From: Malacoraja senta | Lineage: Eukaryota | Direction of reading: 5' to 3' | Assembly (NCBI GenBank): GCA_038087875.1 | Contig: CM075995.1 | Location: 4,776,001 to 4,840,000, forward strand | DNA length: 64,000 nucleotides | In this document: in pieces, positions 61,443-64,000 of the stretch | Layout: each line of letters starts with the position of its first letter | Position numbering within the stretch: position 1 is the stretch's first letter | Notes under the pieces: generated by a model | Databases searched by the model: none | Told to the model about the DNA's origin: nothing | The model's input: only the letters and a program-made list of their open reading frames with translations | Translations under genes and position numbers: made by a program

Positions 61443-64000
61443 TTTTACTTCGGAGTCACGTGAGTGACTACGTGAAGAAGGCCGTCAGCCCGCATGCACG
61501 CCATTACGTCTACCGCATTGCGCAACGATTGACTGGCAGGCGCGCTGCTCCTTCCAGCGGTAAGTTTAAACCTGCAGGTAAGTTTTAAAACTTATTTCTA
61601 GGTTCTGTATTTCTAGGTACAGAGTTTGCCTGCTAGATTCGGGGCGAAGTCGGACGGGCTGCGGGGAAACTGGTTATGGACCGTGGGGAGATCCCGGTCC
61701 GGACCGCGGAAGCGCAGGTAGCCGGCGGCCGTCGGGTTCGCTACCAAAGCCGCTGACAATGGGGTCAGCGACTCCCAGACCGCTGTGGTTCCCCAGAAAG
61801 GGGGTAAAGCCAGGAGTAAGTCGGTCTCGCCACCCGAGTCACTGACAGTGCGGTCAGCGGCTCCTATGGTGCCCCAGAAAGGGGGTAAAACCAGCAGTAA
61901 GTCGGTCAGGCCTTGGGACTTGGGCGAGTCGGGCCAGGAGGGTTCTCCTCCTTCAATGGGTGCGTCTGCGGACGTCTAAACCCACATGGAGCACCTGATG
62001 GAGAGGTTGCTCCACAATGATATACTCCAAAGGAGGTAGTTATCAGCGCGGGTCTCCTCGGGGGCCCACGGCAGCGGCATCTGTTCCAGGGCTGCACAAT
62101 GTCTCCCTCTCTGAGGAGGGGAGCATTCGGGGTCAGTTTCAGTCTGACTCAGAGCAAAAATCCTGATATAGGTCCGTGGGAGGGGCCGTGTCAGCGCAGG
62201 TATCCTCAGGAGCCTGCGGCAGCACCTGTTTTCAGGGCTGTCTATGAATCTCCCTCTCTGTGGAGGGGAGTGCGAGGAAATACTCACAAGCGAAGGGGTT
62301 ACTGCCGGAAGAATTGGTTCCAGCCGTTGGCAGAAAACCCAGAAGGGGCCAGAGTTCCCCTCACGCTACAAGTGCCGGCAGTGAACAGCGCTATCAGGGG
62401 TGACATTGGAGGGGGCATGAAATCCAGGAAATGAAACCTAGCCGCCGAATCTTCTCTTCAGGTAAGACTTATCCAACAGGTATACCTGGATGAGGAAGCA
62501 AAAGCTGTCGGACTGATCAAGGGACCGACGACGAACAAAGCTTCATCGTATCGGCGCCGACACACCCCACGCCTCATCGGCAGTAAGCAGTTCACTGAAG
62601 CTGGTGGCAGCTTGAAAGCTGGGCAGAGGTCTTTCAGGCCAAGGTCCAAGCTGGTCTCAGGAAATATGGAATCCACATACACTACCAGTCCTACTCTCCA
62701 ATCAAGGACGGGAATAGAACCCACATCAGGGGCCTTTGGGCTTACCATAAGACCACCGGTAACCATGGAGGTAGGTTGGTCTGGTTCTTCCCAAACATGA
62801 GGTATGTGGACCATTTACAAGTTGGTAATATTTACACTTGTTTTTGTACAAATGACAATGATAACATGAGATTCCGATCCGTTTATAAACTAAAATGATA
62901 ACATGTGATTGGTTTATTATTGCACAGTATTCAAGGGTACCAAGCATGGCTTGGAATTGGGGCCAGAGTTGTCTTTCGAGGCAGGCTCAGTATTACGGCC
63001 AGGATTGCCTTCCGAGACAGGCTCAGGAATTTGGCCAGAGTTGTCATTCGAGGCAGGCACGGAATTATGGCAGGCGTGGCCTGTTCATTGTGAAAGATGG
63101 AGGATGTCGGTTCATAATTGATTTAACTCGCATGTGCAACATAGACTTTTCAGTGTATGGAACTTCGTTACTGTCTAACAACTGATTTCCTTAGGATCTT
63201 TATGGCATGCATCTATCTCAAAGATGCATACTATTTAGGTCCCATTCACAGGGATCACCGGAGACATTTGAAATTTATCTGGATGGGGCAATGATAACAG
63301 TTAATGCATTACAAAATGGGCTAACTTCAGCTCCCAGGTCAACTACCAAATTACTAAACCGGTGCTTGGACTGCTCAGAGCTCAAAAACACTTGTTATGG
63401 CTTAACTGGATGATATTCTAAACGCTGTATTTTGCTAAAATCAACTGTTTCAGCCGCAACTACATTTGAGAAATTGGGGTTCCTCAACCATCCAGTTAAA
63501 TTTAAGTTGATACCAACTAGAGTTATTGATTATTCGGATTTACCTTTAACTATTAATTTATCTGTGACTCCGCCCTGGGGCAAGAGATTGGAATCAATAG
63601 AAGCCTGTATGAAGCAGCCTTCTATTCCTCAAGTGTAATTGGCAATATAGCAGCTGTGTTTCAGCTGTGCAATTGGGCCTTTGCATTATCAGAACTTACA
63701 ACGTGCAAAGTAGTAACCTCTCAAGTGCCATATAGGTCATTGTTAACAGACCTATGCTATTACCAGCTGAAGCTACCAACGTCACAATGGTGGACAAACA
63801 ATATTCAGCATTGCTCCAGTAGTTTTGGTCAGTAATTCTTCAGTTATATTACAAACTGATGCTAGTGCTCAAAGATGGAAAATTACGAATGCCATCTCTA
63901 GTTACGGAGGCGGATGGGATTTGCATGAATTACCAATTCTTCAGTTATTGGTATCAACTACCTATAGACACTAGGTGCATACTATGGGTTAAAGGGTTAT
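61443..64000 (+). mobile_element. Degenerate DIRS-like (tyrosine-recombinase) retrotransposon, 5' part through RT and RNase H, running off the window end
   Basis: Frameshifted motifs in DIRS order: KDGGCRFIIDL (~63093), IYLKDAYY.GPIH (~63210), LQNGLTSAPR.TTKLL (~63310), LDDIL (~63407), EKLGFLNHP.K..LIPT..IDY (~63468) and LQTDAS (~63849). Quasi-palindromic start CTTCGGAGTCACGTGAGTGACTACGTGAAG. Confidence 0.85.
62953..63074 (+). repeat. 36-bp degenerate tandem repeat, about 3.4 units
   Basis: GGAATTGGGGCCAGAGTTGTCTTTCGAGGCAGGCTC / AGTATTACGGCCAGGATTGCCTTCCGAGACAGGCTC / AGGAATTTGGCCAGAGTTGTCATTCGAGGCAGGCAC / GGAATTATGGCAGG. Confidence 0.88.

Overview
Repeat-dominated eukaryotic DNA, not prokaryotic. 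The mix of CR1/HER1-type LINEs, tRNA-derived V-SINEs (HE1-like), Penelope-like elements, L1, Rex/Babar-type LINE fragments and a DIRS element suggests a cartilaginous fish, probably a skate or ray (inference). No intact long gene is present; nearly all listed ORFs are transposon debris or antisense shadows of it. Bases 5347-32925 recur almost identically at 33126-60718 on either side of a 200-N gap, most likely a false duplication from overlapping haplotype contigs. The most interesting signals are: (1) a 28-nt minimal hammerhead-ribozyme-like motif in the many Penelope terminal repeats; (2) two 27-nt and one 39-nt frame-preserving + strand microexon candidates, each with UGC just upstream of the acceptor, suggesting the window is intronic to a large gene; (3) a teleost-like CORE-SINE with a TSD, a possible horizontal transfer; (4) two PIF/Harbinger-type MITEs sharing termini and internal motifs; (5) a 400-bp patch of copy 2 that is a mosaic of the two arms of an inverted CR1 pair. 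Family names come from motif recognition and memory, not database searches; most repeat boundaries are approximate.
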